From Mobula hypostoma (lineage: Eukaryota): a stretch of 64,000 nucleotides of DNA. The stretch is taken from NCBI RefSeq assembly GCF_963921235.1, contig NC_086121.1, forward strand, positions 6,572,001-6,636,000. The letters are read 5' to 3'. Positions 12,036 through 25,503 of this stretch are shown one piece after another (the first letter of the stretch is position 1; each line of letters opens with the position of its first letter). The notes beneath the pieces are model-generated. The model saw nothing but the letters and a program-made list of their open reading frames with translations, did no database searches and was not told the DNA's origin. The position numbers and the translations under genes are program-made.

Positions 12036-13299
12036 TAAATCAGTTTTAACTCCGTCCTGAGTGAAACTATTTTTTTTTACATTGTTTCATCTGGCAAAAC
12101 AATTGATAATAGACTCTTCCATCTGACAGTTTCTCTATCGTACATCACAGACTGATTCTCTGACGTAAATAGTCTTTTTTTTGAAGTACAGATCAAAAGA
12201 GATTTGGCAATTTAGATCGGTTTTCAGATTGAAAGTTTTCAGACAGTGGAGAGTATTCTGATTGGTTACATCACAGCCTGGTACAGAGTGTCCAAAGAAC
12301 AAGATCTTAAGTGGTTGCAGAAGGTTATGGACTCAGCCAATTTCATCAGATGCAGAATCCTCCCTGCCATTTATTTATTTTTGTAACTTATTGCAATTGT
12401 TATGTCTTATACTGTACTGCTGCTGCAGAACAAGTTTTCATAACATAGGTCAGTGATAATAAACCAGATTTTGATTCTGCATCAATATGCATGATATGCA
12501 GTACAATGGATATTGTCAATTGTTCTCACAACTTGGTAATCCATACATGTCACTACTTCATATTTGTTCAAGATGGTGATTAAAATTCTGACATTCAAAA
12601 TCATATACTAATGTTTTCCCACTATTTAAGTTTCATATTCCAACCTTAAAACATCATGGAAATATTATTAGTAACACTACATAGATTGAGAAAATTCAAA
12701 ACAAGAACATTTTTATACTAATCTAATCACTGTACAAAAAACACAAAAAAATTGTAAAATTCAAATTGCTTTAAGTAGGGCCACATTAATAGACACAAAT
12801 ATAATGGAGTACAAATTTAATTCCCCATTTCTAGCAATGCCATCTCTGCATTTGTGAGCAGTAGCCTTGAACATAAAGGAAGGTACATTTTCTCTCAGGA
12901 TGTGCACAGGTCAGTGTGATGTTGGAGTGAAGTTATTCATATATTCAGTGAGGGCAAGGGATGAAGGAAGAAAGAAAAAAGAGGATACAGTATCTTGAGA
13001 AATTGATAACAGCAAAACCCATCATTGTTAATTTGCTACAGCACTAAGCAGGGAATTTTAATGTGCAGCTTTTTGATTTCATAGTTATTCCGTCAGTTTA
13101 GCTTACTACTTGATATCCTTTGCGATGTCTCTCACATCTTCATCGGCTTTGTCAAGGAATCAGGCAGAACCAGTCTCTATATTTGAACCAATGAAGTTTT
13201 GCACAGTTGTTCATCACTTCTGTCAAAATGAGTATTACTCCTTAGATAAAAACAGAAAACTCTGGAAATACTCAGCTTGTTTTTATCTGTTTATATTTT

Positions 13300-13620
13300 A
13301 GATTTTTTCCACCGAGGTTGGGCGAGACCAGAACTAGAAGTCATAGGTTAAGGGTGAAAGGTAAAATATTTAAGGGAAACATGATGGGGAACTTCTACAC
13401 TCAAGAGGGTGGTGAGAGTGTGGAACGAGCTGCCAGCAAAATGTGGTGTATGTAGGTTAGATTTCAAAAGTTATGAGAAGCTTGGATAAGTATATAATGG
13501 GAGAGGTCTGGAGGACTATGGTCCAGTGCAGGTTGATGGGTCTAGGCAGAAAGAGATTGGCACGGACTAGATGGGCTGAGGGGTCTGTTTCTGCATTGTA
13601 GTGTTCTACAACTCTGTAGC
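13300..13620 (+). mobile_element. CR1 LINE 3' fragment
   Basis: TRTRSHRLRVKG remnant plus 3' UTR; a similar copy lies at 39450-39775. Confidence 0.75.
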
Positions 13621-13668
13621 TATTTCCAATATCTGCAGGTTTTTGATTTTCAAATATCACTGCCTTAC

Positions 13669-13773
13669 CTCGTCTCTGGGTTGTAGCCTAAGATATAAAA
13701 GAACTGGTCTGGTCGTGGCTTGAATTCTCTCGCAGCAAAAATGTCAGAAAAGTGAATAATATTGCATTTCCCT
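13669..13773 (-). CDS. RERE: RERE BAH-domain coding exon (105 nt, phase 2 to 2)
   Basis: ttttccttgcag|A GGG AAA TGC...GAG ACG AG|gtaagg. Translates (R)[34 protein letters not shown](R). Confidence 0.96.
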
Positions 13774-13838
13774 CTGCAAGGAAAATAAAAGTTACAATTG
13801 ATTGTCCTGACAACATTATAAAAGTAATTAATATTTCA

Positions 13839-14027
<189 letters not shown>

Positions 14028-14654
14028 TCAGATGTAGGATAAATGTTAGAAAATGCTAATATAATTGAATACTTGTAATAAACAGTTCCCCAAGGGGAAG
14101 TTTTATGAGAGAAGAAAACAACAGGCCTTGACAAATGAGAGAGAAAAATATCATAAAACAGAGCCCAACTCAGAGTGACCTAGAGGTGGCAGCTCTGCAT
14201 TTGAAAGAGAGTTGTGGAGAAATTTATCAAATGATATAATTTATAATCCCTTATCATCAAAACCTTTTGCAATTTTCACAACTTTCTTCATTTTATGCTA
14301 TCAAGATTATTTTGCAGTAACTATTGAAGCAATGATTCTTTTTATTAAATGTTACATTTTTGAGATACAGTGCAGGATCAGCCCTTCTGGCCCCTCGAGC
14401 TGAGCTGCTCAGCAACCACCAATTTAACCCTAGCCTAATTACAGGACTAGTTACAATCACCAATTAACCTATCAACTGGTACATCTTTGGACCATGGGAG
14501 GAAACCCACTGAGTCATGGGGAGAACGTACAAGCTCCTTACATACACTGGCGAGAATTGAACCTAGGTAACTGGTACTGTAAAGCATTATACTAATCACT
14601 GCTACTATGGCGCTACAAAGAAATGAAACACCTAATCAAATCTTGTGTGTTGAC

Positions 14655-15170
14655 GCTCTCAGGTTAGAGGAGCAACACCTCATATTATGTTGAAGCAGCC
14701 TCCAACCTGATGGCATGAACATTGATTTCTCAAACTTCAGGTACTTTTTGCCCCTCTTCCTTCTTTCTTTTTCCTTTCCCAATTCCAACTGACTTCTTGC
14801 CCCTTCTCTTCTCTCACCTGCCCATCACCTCCTTCTGGTGCTCCTTCTCATCCTTTCCCCCATGGTCCACTTCCCTCTCCAATCAGATTCCTTCATCAGC
14901 CCTTTACCTCGTCTACTGAACCCTTTCCAGCTTCTTACTTCATCCCCTCTCCCCCACCCACCTACCTTCTGCCTTATCTGGTTTCACCTATCACCTTCTA
15001 GTCTATACTCTTTCCCCTCCCACCACCTGCTTATTATGGCCTAACCCCCACTTTCTTTCCAGTCTTGAGAGAGTATGAAACGTTGACTGTTTATTCCCCT
15101 CCATAGATGCTACCTGACTTGATGAGTTCCTCCAGAATTTTGTGTGTGCTGCTCTGGATTTTCAGTATTT
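14655..15170 (+). mobile_element. Older Penelope-like 3' fragment
   Basis: LRLEEQHLI..LQPDGMNIDFSNF remnant followed by a pyrimidine-rich pLTR. Confidence 0.75.
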
Positions 15171-16499
15171 GGTATTTACATTCAAGTATCGGGTGCTAAC
15201 TAACGTCTATTTTACCTAATATTCAAACTTCTTTATTTAATGTTACGAAATTCACTAACCGGCTTTTTTAATTTGTGGAAAAGCAGATGATCTGCCAAGC
15301 AGAGACAGAATAATTCCAGTTGATTGCATGTCCATCTGCATTGTTACTTCTGGATAGTTTGACGGAGAGAAATTTCTCCCCACAATGGAATTCCAAACTT
15401 ACATCAACATTTCCTGTTTATACAGACTATCTAATATTGCAGTCCCAAGACAAGTCCTTAAATATACAGTACCACCAACTCAAAATTGTTAAGTTGAGAT
15501 TCCCATATTTTTCACATACATACATGTGCATCACAGTTTGAGTGTGTGTTCCCACATTTTCATCTGAGTATTGCAACTACTGGTACAGAGAATGCAGGAC
15601 CACATGAAAATCCAGCTAATATGACACAGCCTTCTCCTGCAAAACTACTGTTAGCACCTTTTTGCTGTGTTCGTTATGAGGGAGAGTACAGAGTACACAC
15701 ATCAGTACTGCAGCATGGAGGATATCCAACTGAAGTTTATTGCTAAGCTGCTTGTACAATATGTGAACTCCTCCCATGTGGGAGCGGCTCACTGATTGAC
15801 ATTGGAATGCCATGGTCAACTACCATAACACTTTTAAAGCTACATTTTTCAGCAAGATGAATTTCATACTTGAGTTGTCAGCACTTACAATATATTCTTT
15901 AAACAATCCTTTGAAAATCTCTTTCAAAGTTTTTATATGTTTAAACAAACACTTCCCAAATTATCTTAAAAAGAATTCTACTGTTTCAAGCTTCTTGCCC
16001 CTTCCTTTCCAGTCCTGATGGAGGGATATCCTTTTATTCTGAGGCTCTGTCCTCTAGTTTTAGACTTCACTCTTCTGGAAACCTCCTCTCCATATCCACT
16101 CTGTCTGGACTCTGTCTAGGTCTTTCAATCTTTCAATATTCGGTAGGTGCTACTGAGATTTTGCAACCCCCCCCCCACCATTCTTCTAAACTCCAGTGAG
16201 TACAGGTGAGAACCATCAAAAGCTCATCATATGTTAATCCTTTCATTCCTGGAATTATTTTCATGAACCTCTTCTGATCAGATGCTGCCTGAACTGCTGG
16301 GTTCCTTCAGCAGTTTGTGTGTTGCTACTGCTTTCAGCTTGCTATTTCTACCAAAGAAAAACACTAACGTATTTAGTTGAAGACATCTGTAATTAACATT
16401 ATTTACCTTTTCCTCATTATGAGGCAGCAACAATTTGCAGGATTGAGTGCAGGAGCAGAGAAAGCCAACTAGAACTATTTTGCTTCAGCTAATATGGAT

Positions 16500-16880
16500 T
16501 GGTGGGTGGCAGGGTGGAGATACATCTCTACCAGAGGAGATGTCAGCCACTTAGCCTGTAGGTCTGCTGGCCTGCAGGTCACCCTTGGCAAGGTGTAGCA
16601 CCTGCTTAACACCCACCCCCAATCAGGGTCACATGAAGCCATGGGAGCAGGTAGTGGATAGTCATACAAGCAGCTGGTACATATCACAAGTCCTGGTTAT
16701 GTGACCACTGACGTCAGGCAGACAATCTTTGAAAAGTATCTGTCTTGTAACGACACTGCTCAGAAGAAGGCAATGGCAAACCATTTCTGTAGAAAGATTT
16801 ATCAAGAACAATCACGGTCATGGAAAGACCATAATCACTCACTTTATACAACACAGCACATAATGAATGAATGAATGAAC
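16500..16880 (+). mobile_element. Non-autonomous retroelement with RTE/BovA-like tail
   Basis: Motif gaaggcaatggcaaacca and (atga)n tail; an antisense copy lies at ~55945-56260. Confidence 0.55.
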
Positions 16881-17789
16881 GAATATGGATTGGAAGCTAT
16901 GATTACAATTTAGATTTGATGAAAAAAAAATCAAACTAATTTACTAACAAAACTTGTGCAGTCTTTCAGGAGCAGCAGCAGTTCACAGGCCATTTAATAC
17001 TCAATAAAAATGAACTATGGACACCTTTGATAACACATTATCAAAGTGATGAGGGCGAGTAGTGATGAGATCACACTGATTTATCTTCAGAAAGAAATCT
17101 TTCAAGAAAATCTTTAAATTCAGTCAAACAGAAACAATTAATTCCAGTATTTTCTCATTTTACTTCCAGGTATACCTTATTCATTATATTCACTCAGACT
17201 AATATTCTTTGTATTTTAATACCGAAACACTTCTATGATGTGTAGGCTAATAGTAATTCTTTCAAATGCACATTATCCAGAATGCAAAATGGTTGCTGTT
17301 CTGAAGGAAGACCAGAGGACAGCATATTATAACACATACATATTACAATTCACAAATCATACTAGACACAGTTAAAACTCTCTATAATTGATTAAATGAT
17401 AATTTGTGCCATAGTTCATTACTTGTCAAAACAAGTATCACTTCCTTAAACTAAAACAGAAAATGCTGGAAATCGCTGTTTTTATTTCCGGCATCTTTAT
17501 ATTTTATTGTCGCCAAACAATTGATACTAGAACGTACAATCATCACAGCGATATTTGATTCTGCGCTTCCTGCTCCCTGGATTACAAATTGACAGTAAAT
17601 ATTAAAAATGTAAATTATAAATCATAAATAGAAAATATAAAAGTGGAAAGTAAGGTAGTGCAAAAAAACCGAGATGCAGGTCCAGATATTATTTTTAATA
17701 TCCGGACCTGCAGCTTTTATTCGATTTCAAATAACATACATTAGTCCTCATCGAGTGGTCAGCAGTGTAAACAGTGCTCAACATATTGA

Positions 17790-18300
17790 TGCAATTACAA
17801 AAAAGGCATAACAGTGGCTATATTTCATTCGGAGTTTGAGGAGATTTGGTATGTCATCAAAGACTTTAGCAAATTTCTACAGATGGAGAACGTTCTTAAC
17901 TAGTTGCATCACTGCCCGACATAGGGAGGCCAATGCACAGGATTGGAAAAAGCGACAGGGTTGTAAACTCAGCCCACCCCATCTTGGGTAACAGCCTCCT
18001 CAGCATCAAGGATATCTTAAGAAGGCAGCATCTATCACTAAGGACCCCTACCACCCAGGATATGCTCTCTTCTCATTATTACTATCAGGGAGGAGCTAAA
18101 AGAACCTGTAGACACACACTCAATGTTTTAGGAACAGCTTCTTCCCCTCTGGCATTAGACTTTTCAACAGTCCATGAAGCCAAGAACACAATCTCACTAT
18201 GTTGCACATTATTATTTTTCAAGTATTGCACTGCACTGCTGTCATGAAACAACAAATTTCATGACATGTCAGTGATAATAAACCTGATTCTGATTCTGAA
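17790..18300 (+). mobile_element. Rex/Babar-like LINE 3' fragment
   Basis: LYFIRSLRRFGMSSKTLANFYR remnant and aaacctgattctgattctga tail. Related copies at ~7280-7740, 42495-43055 (+) and 36400-37040 (-). Confidence 0.7.
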
Positions 18301-18315
18301 ATATTACCTCCTTAC

Positions 18316-18334
18316 CTCATCTCTGGGGTGTAAT
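18316..18334 (-). CDS. Candidate 19-nt micro-exon, paralogous to the 3' end of exon 13669-13773
   Basis: ttttacctatccag|AT TAC ACC CCA GAG ATG AG|gtaagg encodes (D)YTPEM(R), versus canonical (G)YNPET(R)|gtaagg. Confidence 0.4.
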
Positions 18335-18540
18335 CTGGATAGGTAAAACTAACTACTAAGGTTCAAGTCCCAGTCTTTACAGAATTAAAATACCCTTAGT
18401 TTAGATTATGATAATGGTTCATACTGCCCAGGATAACGTACAGTAATGGAGCGGAATCACTCCCAAAATTGTGAACTTTGGCCTAATTCAACAGTGATGC
18501 CCTAAACATGATGCGTTCCGGGTGACCTTTCTCAACTCAC

Positions 18541-18585
18541 CTGAAGTTTGGCCGTGTAGAAGAGATATCACAGGGCCCTGAACAT
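18541..18585 (-). CDS. Candidate 45-nt alternative RERE micro-exon (phase 1 to 1)
   Basis: cttttctccag|AT GTT CAG GGC CCT GTG ATA TCT CTT CTA CAC GGC CAA ACT TCA G|gtgagt. Good splice sites, no stop codon, phase matches the host intron. Confidence 0.45.
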
Positions 18586-19089
18586 CTGGAGAAAAGCAGT
18601 CTTATAAGAGTGAGCAGAGTGAAGCAGGCATAAAATTTTCAAAAGGAAGGTTAAAAAGACAGTGCTTTCCCTTTACATGTCCCAACTGGTCAGTTTTTAA
18701 ATCTTTAAAGAAAAATTATTAATTGAAAGAATATGATTTTAAGTCCAACTAGCAACTGCTAACTGGCTCTTCATCAAAGCAGAAATGCTCTGAGAGTCAA
18801 AGGATGTAATGAAGCTCAAGCTGCTATCTATTCACCAATGAGATCTCTATTTATGGACCATCAGGGAGAGTTCTCTCTTTCAGCACAAAAGGTGTCTAGT
18901 CAACCCTTACTTTGTTCACAGGGTTAAAATATACCAGGAACTGTTTTAACCAGGATGGCTGCCAGTCAGTCTGAACCAACTTTGCAGCAATCACTCAATT
19001 TATGCAAGTCAATCAGATGTTAAGACCACACCTGTTTCTCTTCTATTTTAATGTCAGAAAACTTATCTTTCATGAACTTCATACCATGA

Positions 19090-19590
19090 ACCCCACCAAC
19101 AAGACCCTGCAAAGGATTGTGGCGACTGCTGAGAAGATCATCAGGGTCTCTCTTCCACCCATCCAAGATATTTATCAGCAACGCTGCATACACAGGGCCC
19201 TTAGCATTGTAATGGATCCCTCCCATCCATCCAACAATCTCTTTGATCTTCTACCATCAGGCAGGAAGGCACACACTGTTAGGATAAGAAACAGTTTCTT
19301 CCCCAAGGCCATGAGACTCCTGAAGTCCCTGCCACACCCAGGTCTCATTACACATGAAGCACCCCAGTAGCATTATACTGCTTACTTTTTGAACTTGCAT
19401 TGTAAATACACCTGATGCTACATATCAATCTTCTTGAATAGATTTAATTATTTGTTAATTTATTTGTGGTAATATTATATTACAAGTTGTGTGTTTACTG
19501 TACTGTGCACCTTGGTCCGGAAGAACATTGTTTTGTTTGGCAGTACATATGTGTATGGCTGAATGACTATAAACTTGAACTTGAACTTGG
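19090..19590 (+). mobile_element. Rex/Babar-like LINE 3' fragment
   Basis: LQRIVATAEKII..DPSHP..LLPSGR..RNSFFPKAMRLL, tail (acttga)n. Confidence 0.75.
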
Positions 19591-20633
19591 AATGGGGCTA
19601 TTTAAAACAAACTTTCAAACATTCCATCAGTCAAAATAACCTCTTTAATTTTACAACTACCAGAATACTGAACTACTGGACTATCACTCAAAACCTCTGG
19701 AAGAGTAAATTAACAGATGTACTCATTAACCGATGCACCAGACTTTATTTGGTGACAACTTTAGTTGAAATTTCACTCCCGTAATGATTAGATTTTCATT
19801 GTGATTTCCCTCTCCAGCCACAGTGAAAAATTTTATTTCACTCAAGACTGACAAAGACAATGAAATAATGAGTTTTTCAAGAAGAATACAGTTTTTAAGA
19901 CACACACACACACAGTTTTTGCAATTATTCCATGGTTGTATTAAATATAGTGACAAATGTACAGATCTTTGCAGCAAATAATAATAAAAATTACAAATTA
20001 AAAATTTTCAATGAATGCATTATGCATAAAGTCACTACTTGAAAGGGTCACTTCGTTTAATGTAACAACAATTTCAAGACCCTTAATAAAATAACGTGTG
20101 TCTTTGGTGGAGGCATTTCACTCTCGTAAAGTGAAATGTCCCACCATTACCCACATACAGGTGCATCATACCTCCAGCTGTAAGATTCAAAAACATAGCT
20201 GTTTTAATGTTTTTCATAACTTTGGGACATCAGAGCTTAAGGTTGCTCAGGCTATTTTGAATGTGCGGAAGTTAAAAGGTGATCTCTCCATTATTCACAT
20301 CATGATGCCATCTGCCTTTATCTAATCCCATGCCTTCAAAGGAAATTAACACACTCAAATACATGCAACTAAGGCAATTATTATTAGACCATTAACCATA
20401 AGTAAACAAGCAACACAATCTGCCAAATTTCTCTCTGAATGAATTATCTAATTCTGTCATTTAGCCCAAGCCCAGGACAAAGTTCGGTAAAAGAATAATA
20501 CCTTTAAATGACCAGACAACCTTTGAAGTAACATACAGGATGCGTAGGTAAGTTTAAACAAAATCAAGTATGGTTAGTGGAACATTAGTAAATAAATGAA
20601 AGATAAGGTTTAGTAGTACCTATCATGTAATTA

Positions 20634-22226
20634 CAGTGCCTATAAAAAGTGTTCACTTCACATCTCCCCCCTACCCCAGGTTTTACAACACTGAATCACA
20701 GTGGATTTAATTTGGCTGTTTTTGACACTGATCAACAGAAAAAAACTCCTTTGTGTCAAAGTGAAAACAGATCTCCATAAAGTGATCGAAGTTAATTACA
20801 AATATAAAACCCAAAATAATTGATTCCACAAGTATTCACCCCATTTAATATGACACACCAAATCATCACTGGTACAGCCAATTGGTTTTAGAAATCACAT
20901 AATTAGTTAAATGGAGATCACCTGTGTGAGTCAAGGTGTATTAAATTGATTGTGGTAAAAATACACTTGTATCTAGAAGATCCAACTGCTGGTGAGTCAG
21001 TCTCCTGGCAAAAACTCCACCATGGAGACAAAAGAACAGTCCAAGCAACTCCGCGAGAAGGTTACTGAAAAGCTCATCAGGAGATGGATACAAGAAATTT
21101 TCCAAGTCAACGAATATCACTTGGAGTATAGTTAAGTCAATCACCAAGAAATGGAAAGAATATGGCACAGCTATAAATCTGCCTCCAGCAGGCTGTCCTC
21201 AAAAACTGAATGACTGTGCAAGGGGACTAGTGAGGGAGGCCACCAAGAGACCTATGACAACTCTGAAGGAGTTACAAGCTTCAGTGGCTGAGATAGAGAG
21301 ACTGCACATACAACTGTTGCCTGGGTGCTTTAGTAGTCGCAGCTTTATAGGAGAGTGGCAAAGAAGAAGCCACTGTTGAAAATAACTTCCATGAGATCTC
21401 AGCTGGAGTTTCCCAGAAGGCATGTGGGAGACTCTGAAGTCAGCTGGAAGGAGGTTCTGTGGTCTGATGAAACAAAAATTGAGCTTTCTGACCATCACAC
21501 TAAATGTTATGTTTGGTGTAAGCCAAGCACGCACATCATCAAAAACACACCATCCCTATCGTGAAGCATGGTGGCGGGTGCATCATGCTGAGGGGATGCT
21601 ACACTGCAGCAGGCCCTGGAAGGTTTATGAAGGTAAAGGGTAAAATGAATGCGGCAAAACATTGGGAAATCCTGGAAGAAAACCTGATTTAGTCTACAAG
21701 AGAACTGCAACTTGGGAGAAGATTTGTTTTCCAGCAAGACAGTGACCCCAAGCATAAAGCCAAAGCTACACAAGAATGGCTTAAAAGCTACAAAGTTCAT
21801 TTCCTGGAGTGGCCAAGTCAGAGTCCAGACCTCAACTCAATCCAATTGAGAATTTGTAGCTGGACTTAAAAAAGGTGTTCACTCACGACCCCCATGCAGT
21901 CTACGGAGTTTGAGCCGTTTTGTAAAGAAGAATGGGAAAAAATTGCAGTGTCCAGATGTGCAAAGCGGATAGAGAACTATTGACACAGACTCAAGGCTGT
22001 AATTGCTGCCAAAGGCGCGTTTACTAAATACTGGCTTGAATGAAAGGGGTGAATACTTATGCAATCAATAGTTTTGTACTTTAAATTTGTAATTAATTTA
22101 GATCACTTCGTACAGATCCATTTTCACTTTGACAGGAAAATCTTTTTTCTGTTGGTCAGTGTCAAAAAGCCAAATTAAACCCACTGTGATTTAATGGGGG
22201 TGGGTAAATACTTTTTATGGGCACTG
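20634..22226 (+). mobile_element. Full-length but dead Tc1-like transposon (IR/DR type)
   Basis: TA|cagtgcctataaaaagt ... actttttatgggcactg|TA, with long subterminal inverted repeats. Transposase pseudogene at ~21022-22035 has [18 protein letters not shown] and WPSQSPDLN, with frameshifts and stops. Confidence 0.93.
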
Positions 22227-22764
22227 TATATCCAAGAAGTGGGCAATCTATTTTCCCAATGCAAGATATCTTCTAATATTTATTGCAACACATTCAAAAT
22301 GCTGGAGGAACTCAGCAGATCAGGCAGCATCTTTTGGGGGGGGGGTACAACAGTCGACATTTGGGGATGAGACCTTTCATCATAACCACATCAAATTATA
22401 CTATATTTCATAATTATGGAGCTACTGATATTACAGGATTTGAGACTTCTCCTGTGTTCCAATCTTTCATCATGGCTTCAAAATGGTTATAGAATATAGG
22501 GGTCTTTTGGTATAGACATATTGAAAATAAGTTGGATGAAATGGTTGACTCCAGTCTGCCAGAATACAAGTAGAAATTTGTCACAGATCAGAATTCTTTT
22601 TTAAAACTAATAGCTCTAGGAGTCAAATGCATTTGTATAGTGAATGAAGTTGACCTATTTTGTCTCTCAGTACCCAGTTCAGCTTGTCCACATCACAAAA
22701 AAATGCATACAGATGCATGTATTCTGAGGATATACCTTTGAAAAAAAGTATGACAAACCACTAA

Positions 22765-23515
22765 CACAGGAGATTCTGCAGATGCTGGAAATCCAGACTA
22801 ACACACACAAAATGCTGGAGGGACTCAGCAAGTCAGGCAGCATCTATGGAAAGAAATGACCATGGGGGGAAAGGGAAGGAGGAGGGATGCCAGAGGGAGG
22901 TGATAGGCAGGTGAGGAGAAGAGGTAAGAGACCAAAGTGGGGAATAGAAGAAGGGGGAAGGGAAAGGAAAAACATTACCAGAAGTTGGAGAAGTTGATGT
23001 TAACACCATCAGGTTGGAGGCTACCTGGATGTAGTATGAGGTGTTTCTCCTCCACACTGAGTGGATTCATCGTGGCAAAAGAGGAGGCCAAGGATCGACA
23101 TGTCAGAAAAGGAATGGGGAGAGGAATTAAATTGGTTGGCCATCAGGAAATTCTACTTTCGCAGATGAAACGCAGGTGCTCGACAAAGCGGTCCCCCAAT
23201 TTACATTAGGTCTCACCAATGAAGAGAAGGCCACATTGGGAGCATAGGATACAAAAGACGACCCCAACAGATTCACAGGTGAAGTGTTGCCTCACCTGGA
23301 AGAATTATTTGGGGCATTGAATGGAGATAAGGGAGGAGGTGAATAGGCAGGTGTAGCATTTCTGTCACTTGCAGGGACATGTGCCAGAAGAGAGATTAGT
23401 GGGGAGGGACAAATAGACAAGGGAATCATGGAGGGAGCAATCTCTGCAGAAAGCGGAGAGTGGGGGTGGGGGTGGAGGTAAAGATGTGTTTGGTGGTGGG
23501 ATCCCACAGAAGATG
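22765..23515 (-). mobile_element. Penelope-like element 3' fragment (GIY-YIG remnant plus pLTR)
   Basis: Antisense homologue of 58335-59135, with FTCESVGVVFCILCSQCGLLFIGET. Confidence 0.82.
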
Positions 23516-23557
23516 ACAAACCACTGCCATCAGAAGAATTAGAGGAGAAGGAACTTA

Positions 23558-23740
<183 letters not shown>

Positions 23741-25289
23741 TCAGCAGGCTAAATAAATGAAATTATAAAAGGAACAATATTAGCTCTTTTCTTTGCACTG
23801 TGCTAATAGAAATGAGCATGAATTTGGTATTTATATAATAAATAATTGTAATCAGATCATAGACGAATTCATCAGAAAGCAAATGCAAGTTTAAACAATA
23901 CTTACTGAAATATTCCAGTTAAGACCAGCACACTAACAATGACATACATGACCATATGGCTTCAAACCTTTAGCTTTTTCCGCATCAACAACAGCACATG
24001 ATTCATTCTATTGCAAAGCTGCCTTGGACTACAGTTCCTCTTCACCTTTCATCAAAATCAGTGTTTCAGGACATGTTAGAAGACTATGTATGTGCATTGG
24101 ATGGGAGGGACAGGGCTTGCTTTGCCATTGTTGCTTTGTTGCTACCTGTGTTCTGCTTTTTTGTGTTCTCTGTTGCTCTGTCGAGCATTGTGGCCATGCT
24201 ATGTTGGCGCTGGAATGTGTGGTGACAATTGCAGGCTGCCCCCAGCACCTTCTCGGGTGTGTTGCTTACATAAACAAAGCAATTTACTGTATGTTTCGAT
24301 GTACACGTGATAAATAAATTTGAATGATGAATCTTGATAGTACACTGCATTCAGCACTAAAATAATAGATAATAATTCCTAAAATTCACAAGCCTACAGT
24401 CAAGATTACAAATCCAAAAGAGATGAATTAATACCATAAAACACCACTTCAGAGTAATGTGCCGCTTAGATACAGTTGTTTAAAGCAGTCACATGATTGC
24501 CCACGTATATTAAATTAGAATATGAATTTATAGAGCATTTATTGTTAGATTATTTGATACCATAAAATGCAACATTAAAATAGCAATGGCTCATTCAATC
24601 CCTCAATCTTGTACCACCAATCAATTACATAAAAACTAATATATATCCAAAGTCAAATGTCCCTGCCTTTCCTCTATATCCCATGAAACCATTACATTGC
24701 AAAAAGCATTCAACTCAGAAATAATAAATTCATTGCCTTAGCATCCTGGAGCTATGGTCAATTACATATTTTTCCCCCACGTAGGCAAAGGTATTAGGAT
24801 TGCAAGACGCACACCTCCTGCTGGGAGAAGTCAGAGGAAGACCATGAGACAGTATACAAAGCTGGGCAGCCAATACAAGGACTCCCATTACAGTGCAGTT
24901 AATGGAAGTACCAAGCATTCTGCAGAGACTTCAACAGAGATAATCAACGTAGTTCTAGGCAGTTACAGCTTTGATACTAGAGTCCTATATAGAGCATTAG
25001 TGAAGCTAGTGAAAGCAGGAAAAAAAGTTTGATTGTAGTACGTTGGTCTGTGTAAGCAAGTGATCTTGAAGATAATGTTGCTTCTATGAATGATATATTC
25101 ACTATTTTTACATCAGTGTTAGCAGTTCAGAACATTACATATTTTAAAATAATGTAAGTACATAAAGAAATAACAGCAGAGAATAATTTCCAAGGTTGTA
25201 AATTTACACACAGACTCATTTGCAACTATTTTGAACACTCTATTTAAAGTGGACACTGAAGAAATCAAAAGCCATAAGGATTGGAAGAT

Positions 25290-25503
25290 ACATCAAAGTT
25301 GCTGGTGAACGCAGCAGGCCAGTCAGCATCTCTAGGAAGAGGTACCGTCGACGTTTTGGGCCGAGACCCTCCGTCAGGACGAAGACCCCTGAAACGTCGA
25401 CTGTACCTCTTCCTAGAGATGCTGCCTGGCCTGCTGCGTTCACCAGCAACTTTGATGTGTGTTGCTTGAATTTCCAGCATCTGCAGAATTCCTCGTGTTT
25501 GCG
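25290..25503 (+). mobile_element. Penelope pLTR-derived fold-back insertion, copy 2
   Basis: Inverted arms; 13-bp TSD AGGATTGGAAGAT at 25277-25289 and 25504-25516. Confidence 0.88.
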
